DNA of 64,000 nt from Octopus sinensis (Eukaryota), in NCBI RefSeq assembly GCF_006345805.1, contig NC_043005.1:30132001-30196000 (forward strand), given 5' to 3'. The position numbers and the translations under genes were made by a program. Position 1 is the stretch's first letter, and each line of letters opens with the position of its first letter. Below, one piece after another: positions 29,411 to 42,542 of the stretch. Below the pieces are notes generated by a model that saw only the letters and a program-made list of their open reading frames with translations, searched no databases and was not told where the DNA came from.

Positions 29411-29845
29411 TGAGGGGAAAAAAAACCAAGATTACAGATATTGCAATACCTGGGAATGCACACATAATTGACAAAGAACTAGAAAAGATGGAAAAGTACA
29501 GACTACTAAAAGATGAAATTGCAAGAATGTGGACTATGGAAAGAGTATCTATCATTCCAGTAGTTATAGGGGCACTCGGAGCACTAACAACCAAGTTCAA
29601 GAAATATGTCAAAGAAATCGGAAATGACATGAGAGCAGTGCAAGCCCAAAAAACTGCTCTGCTGGGGACAGCTAGGATTTTGAGATTGGTACTTGGATGT
29701 TGAATGTCTTCCATGATAATTAACAACCAAGTATCAAAGCTTATAATGTGTGGAAAGAAACCCTGTGAGACCTCTGACAGTAGGCTGCTGTCTGCTCTCA
29801 CTGAATCTAGCAGAATAAACAGGACCAAACATTCTGAAAAGTAAA
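29411..29845 (+). mobile_element. R4/Dong-like non-LTR retrotransposon, 3' (RLE) fragment 2
   Basis: ITDIAIPG...KELEKMEKYRLLKDEIARMW...IIPVVIGALG...QKTALLGTARILRLVL, between (AAT)n and (AAC/AAT)n tracts. Confidence 0.85.
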
Positions 29846-29880
29846 GCAACAACAACAACAACAACAATAATAATAATATG

Positions 29881-31500
29881 AAGTGAATAACACCAGGTAT
29901 GGGTACAAAATTTTTAACAATATGATAAACTATATTTTTTACATGGGCGATTTGAAGCTGTTTGCAAGGAATGACCAAGAACTAGTAGGGCTGCTAAGAA
30001 CTGTTAAAGAGTTTAGCAATGACATCAGGATGGATTTTGACCTCAAAAAGTGTGCTAAAGCAACTTTTGTTAGAGGCAAACTCAGACAAACAGCTTCCAT
30101 TAAATTAGATATTGGTGCTACCATCAAGGAACTTGACCTACAAGAAATTTATAAATACAAGAAAAAAATTAGGAAGAAGTGCTACAGAAGAATAAGACTG
30201 GTACTAAAAACTGAAATCATCTCTAAAAATCACATTGAAGCCATTAACAAACTGGCACTTCCAGTAGTCCAATACAGTTTTAACATCAATAACTGAAATC
30301 TTACAGAGCTTCAATGCCTGGGGAGGAAGACAAGAAAATTATTGACATCTAAGAACATGCACCACCCAAAAGCAGACACTGACCATCTGTACCTACTGAG
30401 AAGCAGTGGGGCAAGAGGGATGATGTGATTAGAACTGTACTATATGAACTCCACTATAGGAATGAAGAGGTACTTATCTAGTACAGAGGACTGGATGCTG
30501 TGACTTGCGTGCAAACATGAAAGTAGCAAAAAGACACATTCTATTATAAAGTAAACTTATAAATTTGCAAACGATCTTGGCATTGACCCTGAATAAGATA
30601 AAGAACCTGAAACCACTGCTACCCAGCAAGTAAAACGAATCAAGCAGAATGCAAAAAAGAACAGGCAAAAATGAATTGAGGAGCAGTGGAACCAGAAGCC
30701 CCTGCATGGACAGTATTTTCTTCAAAATCAAAATGCTGATGTAGACCAAGCAACAGCCCATCAGTGGTTGAGAAGTTCAGGACTGAAAGCAGAGACTGAA
30801 GGTTTCATATTGGCAGCACAAGATCAAAGCTTACTTAACAGAAACTACCAAACTAACATTCTTCAAAACGGTTCTGACCCTAAATGCAGATTCTGCAATA
30901 CATTTGACAAAACAATAGACCATCCCGTTTCAGGATGTCCTGTGCTGACACCAAATTAATACAAAAATCACCATGAAAGGGTATGACAATACTAAAATTG
31001 GAAAATAAGTAAATGCTACAAATTGTGTAGTAACTTGTATGAACATCATTCTGAGTCAGGCATTGAAGGTAAAAGTGTCACCATACTTTGGCATTTTCCA
31101 GTCAATACTGACAGAATTATCCAGGCTAAGGCTAATCAACCAGACATAATTAGTTCTTAAAGACAGGGAAGAAAATACTTGTAGACTAATAGATGTAAGG
31201 TTTCCCACTGATAAAAATACATCTGTAAAGGAGTTTGACAAACTTAGTAAATATCAGAACCTGGAAACTGAAATACAAAAGATGTGGCATCTTAAAGCAA
31301 AAAACGTTCCTATTATTGCAGGTATCCTAGGTATGATAAAGAAAGGGATATCAGAAATATTTAGACAACATCCCAGGAGAACCATGTATCACAGAAATCT
31401 GAAAGAATGTGCTAACAAGTGCTGTCCATATCCTTAGAAAAACCCTATCAATCTAAATGTATTGTATTGCATGGAGATATTTCACTACTATCCCTGCCAC
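29881..31500 (+). mobile_element. R4/Dong-like non-LTR retrotransposon, 5'-truncated (RT, CCHC knuckle, RLE)
   Basis: YIFYMGDLKLFA...KKCAK, LKAETEGFILAAQDQ, CRFCNTFDKTIDHPVSGC and QPDII...VPIIAGILG...ILRKTL*, with stops and frameshifts. Confidence 0.88.
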
Positions 31501-31590
31501 TTCCTCTCCCCAAGCTTTTAGGGGATGAGATGATTACATTAGCCCTAGTGTTTCACTGATACTTAATTTATATATATATATCCTCCTCCT

Positions 31591-33732
31591 CATCATCATC
31601 ATCGTTTAACATCCGCTTTCTATGCTAGCATGGGTTGGGGCGAACCAGATGGCTGCACCAGACTCCAATCTGATCAAGTAGAGTTACAACAGCTCGATAC
31701 CCTTCCTAACGCTAACCACTCCGAGAGTGTAGTGGGTGCTTTTTTGTGCCACCAGCATGGGGGCCAGTCAGGTGGTACTGGCAACGACCTCACTCGAATG
31801 TTTTACATGTGCCACTGGCACAAGTGCCAGTAAGGCGATGCTGGTAGCGATCATGCTCGAATGGTGCCTTTTACATGCCACTGGCACAGAAGCCAGTTAG
31901 TCGCTCTGGCAACGATCACACTCGTATGGTGCTCTTTGCACCCTGCTAGCACGGATGCCAGTCATTGAATTTGATTTTGATTTCGCTTGCCTCAATAGGT
32001 TTTCACAATCAGAGTTCAGTGTCCAAAGAAAGAAAAGGTACACATAAGTGGGCTGGTTACATCACTGGCATAGGCCATGAGGTTATGGTCTCATTTGGCT
32101 TGCCAGATCTTCTCAAGCACAGCATATTTCCAAAAGTCTCGGTCACTAGTCATTTCCTTGGTGAGGCCTAATGTTCGAAGGTCGTGCTTCACCACTTCAT
32201 TCCAGGTCTTCCTGGGTCTACTTCTTCCACAAGTTCCCTCAACCGCTAGGGTGTGGCACTTTTTCACACAGCTATCCTCATCCATTCTCGCCACATGACC
32301 ATACCAGCGCAATCATCTCTCTTGCACACATCTGATGCTTCTTAGATCCAACTTTTCCCTCAAGGTACTTACACTCTTTTGAGTATGCACACTGACATTA
32401 CACATCCATTGGATCATACTGAGCTTACGCATGTCCTCAGCAGTCACAGCCCATGTTTCACTACCATGTAGCATGGCTGTTCATACACATGCGTCATATG
32501 GTCTACCTTTTACTCTGAGCGAGAAGCCCTTTGTCACCAGCAGAGGTAAGAGCTCTCTGAACTTTGCCCAGGCTATTCTTATACTAGCAGCTACACTTTC
32601 AGTGCACCCTCCCCCACTACTGACTTGGCCACCTAGGTAACAGAAGCTATCAACTACTTCTAGTTTTTTTCCCTGGAATGTGACGGAAGTTGTTCTCTGC
32701 GCATTTTCAGTGTTTATTGCTCCTGAGCATCTGCCACATACAAAACTATCTTCCCAGTTAGCCTTCCTTTGATATTGTTGCACCTCTTATGTATCCATAG
32801 CTTACACTGGGTACATCTTATAGAGTTTCTACCTATGCCTCTACTACAGATTGAGCAGGGCCATCTGCCTGAAGGGATTTGTGGTTTGCCTGCCTTCCTA
32901 CTTACTAGGACTTTGGTTTTAGCTAGGTTGACTCTAAGGCCATTTGATTCTAATCCTTGTTTACACACATGAAACTTCTCCTCTAGTTCTGATAGTGACT
33001 CAGCAATTAGAGCAAGATCATCAGCATAGAGGAGCTCCCATGGGTATCCTGTCTTGAATTCCTCCGTTATTGCTTGGAGGACTATGATAAATAGGAGAGG
33101 GCTGAGGACTGAACCTTGGTGGACCCCTACCTCTACCCTGAATTCTTCATTGTACTTGTTGCCAACCCTCACCTTATTGACAGCATCCCTGTACTTGCAC
33201 GGCTCTCACTAACCATTCATCTATCCCTACTTTCCTCACTAATCACCAGATAAGGGATCGGGGGACCCTGTCAAAGGCTTTCTCCATGTCAACGAAAGCC
33301 AGGTACAGGGGTTTATCTTTGGCTAGGTATTTCTCCTGCAGCTGTCTTACCAGAAATATAGCATCAGTGGTGCTTTTCCCTGGCACAAAACCAAATTGCA
33401 TCTCATCCAAACTGACTCTCTCCCTAATTAGTTAGGCTATGACCATCTCTGTAACCTTCATTACCTTATCCAGCAGCTTGATACCTCTGTAATTATTTGT
33501 ATCTAAATTGTCACCTTTATCTTTGTAGCAGTTGACTATTATGCTGCTACACCAGTCACGGTGCAGAACATTGGCAAGTTTTTTCTTATCTGCTTCCCCT
33601 CTGGCTAAATAAACCTGTCTCCTAGCTTCCCTTCTGGCAGTCTGATACAGTTCCCTGCTACCACTGTTCTTCAAGTCCTTCCAAGCCTGTTTCTTTTCTC
33701 TAATAGCCCTGTCAACATTGTTCCACCACCAC
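31591..33732 (-). mobile_element. 5'-truncated RTE-clade LINE (RT domain)
   Basis: GVHQGSVLSPLLF...LLYADDLALIA...KTKVLVS and MRWYGHVARM...GRSRPRKTW, a 3' UTR with internal repeats and a (GAT)n tail. Confidence 0.93.
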
Positions 33733-34024
33733 ATTATATATATATATAATATGAAGCCGATCTCAGTTCTGGTGGCACATAAAAAGCACCATTTGAGTGT
33801 GATCAATGCCCGTGCCACCTGACTGGCTCCTGTGCCAGTGACACGTAATAAGCGCCCACTACACTCTCAGTGTGTTTGGCATTAGGAGGAGTATCCAGCT
33901 GTAGAAACCTTGCCAGAACAGATTGGAGCCTTGTGCAGCCTTCTGGCTTGCCAGTCTTCAGTCAAACCGTCCACCCCATGCCAGCATGGAAAATGGGCGT
34001 TAAACAATGATGATGATGATGATA

Positions 34025-36365
34025 TCTATATATATAAAACTCTAGTTGTGTGAGTGTCTGTCCCCTTCGATTTAGATTCCTAACTCCTCCCACATTTTGC
34101 GGTGCAGTTTAACCAAATTCGGGTATCTTATAGTTGTGATTCATATCGAGCCCGTCTGGCTATTAGCGCGTGTCAACGATGAGTCTACGATTTTTAAAAT
34201 AATTTAACATCATTTTTTATTCCATTTTAATGCATAAAATGCATCGTATGTCGATGGCGGCGGAGTTGGCGTCCATGCTCACAGCTGCACCTGTTTGCTT
34301 CTCCCCCTTCCCTCCCTCGTGAAGCTGTGGGGAAGGGAGTGTAAAGAAATCAACGTCGTAATGCGTTGTGAAGGAAACCAGCGTTCTTTTAGAACAACGA
34401 CTTCATGGCTTGAAGACACCAAAACAAAAATGGCTAAGAAAGCCCGAATTTATAAGGGAAGTAACTCTCTAAAAATGCTTATATAGTTATTTCCCTTACA
34501 AACCCGAGCAACGCCGGGCGATACTGCTAGTCTATATATATAAAACTGTAGTTGTGTGAGTGTCTGTCCCCTTCGATTTAGATTCCTAACTACTCCCACA
34601 TTTTGCGGTGCAGTTTAACCAAATTCGGGTATCTTATAGTCGTGATTAATATCGAACCCGTCTGGCTATTAGCGCGCGTCTACGATGAGTCTACAATTTT
34701 AAAAATAATTTAACATCATTTTTTATTCCATTTTAATGCATAATTTTTCGTGTGTCGATGGCGGCGGAGTTGGCGTCCACGCTCAAACACCTACACCTGT
34801 GTTTGCTTCTCCCCCTTCTTCCCTCCCTCGTGAAGCTGTGGGGAAGGGAGTTTAAGGAAATCAACGTCGTAATGCGTTGTCAGGAGACCAGCGTTCTTTT
34901 AGAACAACGACTTCATGGCTTGAAGACACCAAAACAGAAATGGCTAAGAAAGCCCGAATTGGCATCTATAAAGGGAGTAACTCTCTAAAAATGCTTATAT
35001 AGTTATTTCCCTTACAAACCCGAGCAACGCCGGGCGATACTGCTAGTCTATATATATAAAACTGTAGTTGTGTGAGTGTCTGTCTCCTACGATTTAGATT
35101 CCTAACTACTCCCACATTTTGCGGTGCATTTAACCAAATTCGGGTATCTTATAGTCGTGATTAATATCGAGCCCGTCTGGCTGTTAGCGCGCGTCTATGA
35201 TGAGTCTACAATTTTAAAAATAATTTAACATCATTTTTTTATTCCATTTTAATGCATAATTTTTCGTGTGTCGATGGCGGCGGAGTTGGCGTCCACGCTC
35301 AAACACCTACACCTGTGTTTGCTTCTCCCCCTTCTTCCCTCCCTCGTGAAGTTGTGGGGAAGGGAGTTTAAGGAAATCAACGTCGTAATGCGTTGTCAGG
35401 AGACCAGCGTTCTTTTAGAACAACGACTTCATGGCTTGAAGACACCAAAACAGAAATGGCTAAGAAAGCCCGAATTGGCATCTATAAAGGAAGTAACTCT
35501 CTAAAAATGCTTATATAGTTATTTCCCTTACAAACCCGAGCAACGCCGGGCGATACTGCTAGTCTATATATATAAAACTGTAGTTGTGTGAGTGTCTGTC
35601 TCCTACGATTTAGATTCCTAACTCCTCCCACATTTTGCGGTGCATTTAACCAAATTCGGGTATCTTATAGTCGTGATTAATATCGAGCCCGTCTGGCTAT
35701 TAGCGCGCGTCTATGATGAGTCTACAATTTAAAAAATAATTTAACATCATTTTTTATTCCATTTTAATGCATAATTTTTCGTGTGTCGATGGCGGCGGAG
35801 TTGGCGTCCACGCTCAAACACCTGCACCTGTGTTTGCTTCTCCCCTCCCTCGTGAAGCTGTGGGGAAGGGAGTTTAAGGAAATCAACGTCGTAATGCGTT
35901 GTCAAGGAGACCAGCGTTCTTTTAGAACAACGACTTCATGGCTTGAAGACACCAAAACAGAAATGGCTAAGAAAGCCCGAATTGGCATCTATAAAGGAAG
36001 TAACTCTCTAAAAATGCTTATATAGTTATTTCCCTTACAAACCCGAGCAACGCCGGGCGATACTGCTAGTCTTTATATATACAAGTGAAGTTGTGTGTCT
36101 GTCTCCTATGATTTAGATTCCTAACTACTCCCACATTTTGCTGTGCAGTTTAACCAAAACCGGGTATCTTATAGTCGTGATTCATATCGAGCCCTTCTGG
36201 GTATAAGCGCATGTCTACGATGAGTCTACGATTTAAAAAAAAATTTACCATCATTTTTTTCCATTTTTAATGCATTTTTTTGCTATTTTTTGGCTATAAC
36301 TCTCTAAAAATGCTTATATAGTTATTTTCCTTACAAACCCGAGCAACGCTGGGCGATACTGCTAG
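34025..36365 (+). mobile_element. Five-unit head-to-tail array of non-autonomous Helitrons (506, 516, 516, 507 and 296 bp)
   Basis: Each unit starts TC and ends with the hairpin CCCGAGCAACGC(C/T)GGG plus CTAG. Junctions read CTAG|TC, and the array sits between A (34024) and T (36366). Confidence 0.92.
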
Positions 36366-36989
36366 TACATAATATAGTTTTACTATTGAAAGATTAGGTA
36401 AAGAAAGTGTATTACATAAAAGATAATGTGTGTGTGTATGAGAGAGACCTTCACTCCAAAGGGAAAGTGATTTCTTTTTTTTCCTGAAACACACAATACC
36501 ATTTCAAATCTATTCAGCATTGTCACTTATTCTTTGCAAACTTGTTTGAATTTTCAATTTTATGTAATCCACAGTCTTGAAAACGTATTTCTGCAAAATG
36601 TTATCTAAAAATATGGGAAAAGAAAGAAATAGCAAAAAAAAAACAACTTTCCCCTTGAAAATGGAGTGGGGAGGGATTTTTCCAAAGGTTCCACTCTACC
36701 TCACCACACTTTTCTGGACAAAAAAAATGTTTTGTGGCATATTAGGTGGTCACTCTAATTCATTCAACATAAAAAAAAGAAAAAAAATTTCCAATGATTT
36801 CAGGATGGAGGGTCCGGTCCCCACCCTTTTTTGGTAACAAAAATAAGGGGTTTGTGGCACATTAGGAGGTCAGGGTACTTGATTCCATGCAAAAATCCAA
36901 GGTTTTTTTTCTTAGCAAAACTTGTGCAGATGTACTTCTCAAAATTTACCAAAAGTTTGGGGTAGAAATTAAGTTGAATACCATGATCC

Positions 36990-39142
36990 CCCTGCTCGAC
37001 AGGTCCCTATTTCATTGACCCCAAAAGGATGAAAGGCAAAGTCAACCTCAGCAGAATTTGAACTGAGAACATAAAGACAGACGCAATGCCACTAAGCATT
37101 TTCCCCAGCATGCTAACAATTCTACCAGCTCACTGCCTTAATAACAACAACAATATTAACAATCCTTTATATTATAAGCACAAGGCCTGAAATTTGGGTG
37201 TGGGGGGACTAGTCGATCACATCAACCCCAGTGTATAAATGGTACTTTATTTTATTGACCCTGAAAGGATGAAAGGTAAAGTCAACCCTGGCGGAATTTG
37301 AACTCAGAACATAGTGACATGAAATACCACTAAGCATTTCACCGACCATCATTGCCTTAATAACAAGAGCATCCAGAGAGCGCAAACCTCCACCAAGGCA
37401 ACACCAACGTCCTCTCAACGATTAGCCAGAGATGATTTTTAAAATGCGGATATCTGAAATAAACTCAACTGCTCTCACAAACCAGAATACTAAAAATGAA
37501 CCCGACTGCTCTCAAAAATTAAATAAAAAAACAAGAAAAATAATCTAGAATTGTTGTCCGGTACCAGATTGATCCCAAAAGCCAGTCATGCCAGTCATGA
37601 GGTCAAACATCCCTGAAAGTTTCATCCAAATCAATCTAGTGGTTCTTGAGATATCTTGTCCATGGACAAACACAACTACAAACAATACCTCTGCCTTCGC
37701 TAAGGTAGAGATAATAATAATAATGATTATTATTAGTTCTACTCTAGGTAGAAGGCCTTGAAAATTTTGTGGGGAAGGGGCTAGCTGATTATATTAACCC
37801 CAGTGTGTAACTGATTCTTATTTCATCAACCCCGAAAGGATGAAAGGCAAAGTTGACCTCAGTGGAATTTGAACTCAGAATGTAGCAGCAGACGAAATAC
37901 TGCTAAGCATTTCGCCCAGCTTGCTAATGATTCTGCCAGCTCATTGCCTTAATAACAACAACAACAACAATAATAAAAAAATATAGAATGTAATAATTTT
38001 GATAGCTTTGAGTTTTCAAAGACTCGTGACAGTTATGAATTATTGTGATTGATTTGGTTTGCAGAGAAGAACTTTTCAAAACCTTATTCTGCTTAAATGG
38101 TCAGTGGAATTTCACATTTTAAAAATATACCAGATCTTACCAGAAAAACAAAAAAAGTAAAAATTTAGATACAGGTATGGCTGTGTGGTTAAGAAACTTG
38201 CTTTGCAATGACGAGGTTTCAAGTTCAGTCCCATTATGTGGCACCTTGGACAAGTGTTCTACTTTGGTCCTGGGTTGACCAATGCCTTGTGAGTGAATTT
38301 GGTAGGCAGAAACTGAGTGGACATCCATTGTGTGTGTGCGTGCTTTTGTCTCACACACTCTGCTTGACTTAGCAGTTTGGCAAAAGACAGCAACAGAATA
38401 AGCAGCAGGTTTGTTCCAGGTTTCCATGGTGTGAGGCTGAAATCCCAATCTCTTCCCCCTGAATGAGACACCTGTCTGTCACAGAGCGACCCATTTACAG
38501 CTGAGTGAACTGGAGCAAATATTGAATGAGGTGTTTGGTTCAAAGACACAATGCACCACCCTACCCAGGAATTGAAATCATGATCTCGTGATCATGAGTA
38601 CAATACCCTTAACCAGTGGGTCATGAGCTTTCACTGTGAAGAGTAAAGACAAATATTTTACAGCAGAAGTTACATAAATCAACTAAATAATAATAATCCT
38701 TTCTACTATGGGGACAAGGCCTGGATTTTGTGGTGAGAGGGTCAGTCAATCACATTGATCCAAGTACTCAACTGGTACTTGATTTATCAACCCTAAAAGG
38801 ATGAAAGGCAAACTCAGTGGAATTTGAACACAGAACATGGTGACAGATGAAATACCGCTAAGCATTTCACCCGGCGTGCTAATGATTCTGCCGGTTTGCT
38901 GCCTTAATAACAATAATGATTATTTCAAATTTTTGCCACTAAGGCAGCTTGGGGTGGGGGTGGGGAGATAAATCAATTACACTGACCCCAGTGTTCAACT
39001 GGTACTTAATTTATCAACCCTGAAAGGATGAAAGGAAACGTTGACCTCAGTGGAATTTGAACTCAGAATGTAGCGATGGGCGAAATACTGCTAAGCATTT
39101 CGTCCTGCATGCTAATGGTTCTGCCAGCTTGACACCTTCACC

Positions 39143-39174
<32 letters not shown>

Positions 39175-39389
39175 CCTTTCTACTGAAGGCACAAGGCCTC
39201 GAATTTGGTGGGAGGGGTCTAGTTGATTACATTGACCCCAGTGTTTCACTGGTACTTAATTTATCGCCCCCGAAAAGCTGAAAGGCAAAGTCGACCTCGG
39301 TGGAATCTGAACTCAGAATGTAGCAACGAGTGAAATACTGCTAAGCATTTAGCCTGGGGTGCTAACGACTCTGCCAGCTCACTGCCTTA
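36990..39389 (-). mobile_element. Cluster of six same-orientation tRNA-derived SINEs with (ATT)n tails
   Basis: Copies at about 36990-37139, 37160-37360, 37735-37950, 38695-38906, 38915-39143 and 39172-39389 share a head AGGC..GAGCTGGCAGAA..GTTAGCA and a B-box-like GAGTTCAAATTCC. Other copies lie near 9430, 28140, 56500 and 58210. Confidence 0.85.
37361..37712 (+). mobile_element. Probable Helentron/HINE-like non-autonomous element
   Basis: 3' stem-loop CTCTGCCTT-cgct-AAGGTAGAG (37689-37710), partial complementarity to the 5' CCTCCACCAAGG (37387-37398) and an AT-rich insertion context. Confidence 0.4.
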
Positions 39390-40028
39390 ATAACAACAAT
39401 AATAACAATGTCAGTATTTATGAAATAACAAAGAAAACAACCATTTCTAAAATGATATAACATTTTTTATACAGAAAAATGTGGCAACAATTACATTTAC
39501 AAGAATTTACAGATTTTTCATTTCATTTTTATTTATTTTTTTTGTGTATTTTTTTTTAAATATTTCTTCTTTATTCTGTTTGATGGTTATCTTTTGTTTT
39601 GTTTTCTTCAGTGGGTACAGTGGGAGGGGGGAAAGGGGGAGGGGGGTACAAGAGGGGATCCTAAAATCCTTGCACAGCTTCCTTCGAATGTAACCACCAA
39701 CTTATAGATTTCAGCAACTACATGCTATGTTATGAATCAGAACGGCAGATAAACAAAACAAAACTGCAGAAGTGGCGAGCAGAGAAAGAGAGAGAGAGAG
39801 AGAGAGTGTGTGTGTGTGCACGGGGGGTGGGAAGGAGTAATGGATTTAATGGAGGGTGGGGGATATCTGAAAGAATGCTACAAGGAAAGAAAATATACAG
39901 ATAAGGTTTTAGTGTAAGGGGAAAGGATACATGGCAATTACTGCCAAGTACAGCCCTGAGCTTGTCTAATGGGAGTAAATGAAATAAAATAAAGCTGAGA
40001 GGAAAAAGTGTATTTAAAGAAGTGCACA

Positions 40029-40059
<31 letters not shown>

Positions 40060-40229
40060 TGGAGTAAACACATAAATGTGAAACAAGGTGGAAAAAAAGA
40101 GTACTCAAATACCAGTGGTAGAGTAATATGCTTTATTTAAAGCAGCAGAAAATTCTACATGTCCGATGAATGGCAACGTGAAACTCAAAGTAACAGGTTT
40201 TGTAGAATTTTCTGCTGCTTTAAATAAAG
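40060..40229. repeat. Fold-back element in (TA)n with perfect 29-bp arms around a hammerhead-like spacer
   Basis: 40131-40159 is the exact reverse complement of 40201-40229, with a one-sided extension at 40060-40130. Confidence 0.8.
40160..40195 (+). ncRNA. Minimal hammerhead-ribozyme-like motif
   Basis: TGT-CCGATGA-ATG(GCAA)CGT-GAAAC-TCAAA-GTA-ACA gives stem I, core (U4C variant), stem II with a GNRA loop, GAAAC and a GUA triplet. Activity is untested. Confidence 0.5.
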
Positions 40230-40759
40230 TATATATATATATATATACATACATATACACATTCACATATATATACATATATATAATATATATGCAGAAT
40301 ATTAATTTATATAATATATATATGTATGTGTAGATGCAGACACATACATACATGGATTCATGCACACACACACAATATGGGATATTATGGATGAATAGAC
40401 AACTGAAATATGTCTCTATAGTAATAAAGCTGAAGGCTTAAGTGAAGATGGGTGGGGGATGTGGGGGATGGGAGGGAAGGACTCACAATAAGGACACTTG
40501 TTGATCATTAAATGTCCAAAGTGATCTCAACAACAAATGCAAGGGGCGAAGGACAGAATGCAATAGGTCGGCATCTTTTAAGTTAGACGTGCATTTCAAA
40601 CAATTCAAAAAAAAAATATCTTTCGTCTGTCTTTTTTTTTGTAAATTTTCCATTTTTTTAAATATTTCATAACAATTGTTTCAACTCTGCACTGCATTGA
40701 ATATAAAGAGAGATGGGATAGAGGCTCTCTTAAATACCACAAATACACACACACACACA

Positions 40760-40774
40760 TATATATATGTGTGC

Positions 40775-40811
<37 letters not shown>

Positions 40812-41235
40812 TATATATATATAATATATATATATACATAAGCACACATACACACACACATATATATATATATACATATATGATATATATAGATATAATA
40901 TATATATATATACATATATATAGATATAATATATATATATATACATATATGATATATACATATATAGATATATATATGATATATACATATAGATATATAT
41001 GATATATACATATATAGATATATATATGATATATACATATATAGATATATATATATGATATATACATATATAGATATATATATATGATATATACATATAT
41101 AGATATATATGATATATACATATATAGATATATATATGATATATACATATATAGATATATATGATATATACATATATATATATATGTAATATATATATAT
41201 ATATAGATAGACAGATAGATAGATAGATATGCATG
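40760..41235. repeat. Compound AT-rich micro/minisatellite
   Basis: Repeats of TATATATGATATATACATATATAGA embedded in (TA)n. Confidence 0.9.
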
Positions 41236-41852
41236 TGTCTATATATGTATATACACACATACATATATATATGAGTGTGTGGACTCTTTTACTTAACTAC
41301 ACACACACGTGTGTGTGTGTATACATTCAACTTATTTAACATTTGAAAAAAAAAAAAGAAATTCAACAGTTTGAAAACAGAAATATCAAGACACATTTAG
41401 AAACAAAAAGAAACAACAAAGAACAAAAAGAAAAAAATCCACAGTGAGTAAAAACATTAAGCAGAAAGGAGAAATAGTAAAATGCCTAATCAAGAGGCTT
41501 AATGAAGGATTTCTAAGGAATGACTCTTAAAAGCTACAAGATATTAGTTTCGGGGAATATAAGACAAAAGAACATAAATTGTGAAAATTTGATATGTTGA
41601 TTGTACAATTGTCTAGTGGCTAAAACAAAGAAAAAAGAATATCTTACTGATAATGATCCAATTTGAAATGAAAAACTGACAGCAGTTAGGCTTGCTATAA
41701 CATTTAATTAAATGACTGTTCATTAGTAAGAAAGCTATGTGATTAAGAACAAGAAACCTAATTTGTGGATATTTTTAAAAAATTATTTTTCCTTCCTTTT
41801 TTTTTTCTTATTTTTGTGATTTTTTTTTTCAAATTACACCAACACAAAAAGC

Positions 41853-41892
<40 letters not shown>

Positions 41893-41905
41893 TGTGTGTG
41901 TGTGT

Positions 41906-41953
<48 letters not shown>

Positions 41954-42212
41954 AATCTAGAACAAACTATTCAGAAACAGAAGAGAATGCTTTAAAAACA
42001 GGTATATTTTATGAATAGAGACATTTTGCTCAAAAGTGGAAGAGGCAGACAAAAGAGACGGAAGAGGAGTAGATGAGGATGGGGGGGAAACAGGTCGATT
42101 GTATCTGACAACAAACATTTAAACTACTTGAGTATACTCCTTTTGAACTTAAGGGCATCAAATATAGCAACATGGATGATATGTAAGGACTGGAATACTT
42201 TTCTGTCTCTTG

Positions 42213-42275
<63 letters not shown>

Positions 42276-42302
42276 CGTGCATATATATATGTTTGTATAA
42301 AT

Positions 42303-42490
42303 ATATGTGACAATTAGTTGGTTGTCATAATAAAATTCAGAGTTTCGGATGCTGGGGCTGAAGTCTGCTCAAGCATCTCTGAGTTTTATTATGACAACCA
42401 ACTAATTGTCACATATTATATTTATAGATAAATCCCTCTATTTTACATAATATCGAGGTCTCATTCATTCTTTTGTTGTCATATTATTAT
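42303..42490. repeat. Fold-back element with 40-bp arms
   Basis: 42303-42342 pairs with 42377-42416 (1 mismatch), with an inner GATGCT/AGCATC stem and a one-sided extension into (TA)n. Confidence 0.75.
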
Positions 42491-42509
42491 TATATATATA
42501 TATATATAT

Positions 42510-42542
<33 letters not shown>

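Noticed and set aside
34295-36025. Repeated ~78-aa ORFs (MSMAAELASTL...)
   Set aside because: They are incidental frames inside non-autonomous Helitron units, with GTG/TTG-type starts and frames that differ between units.
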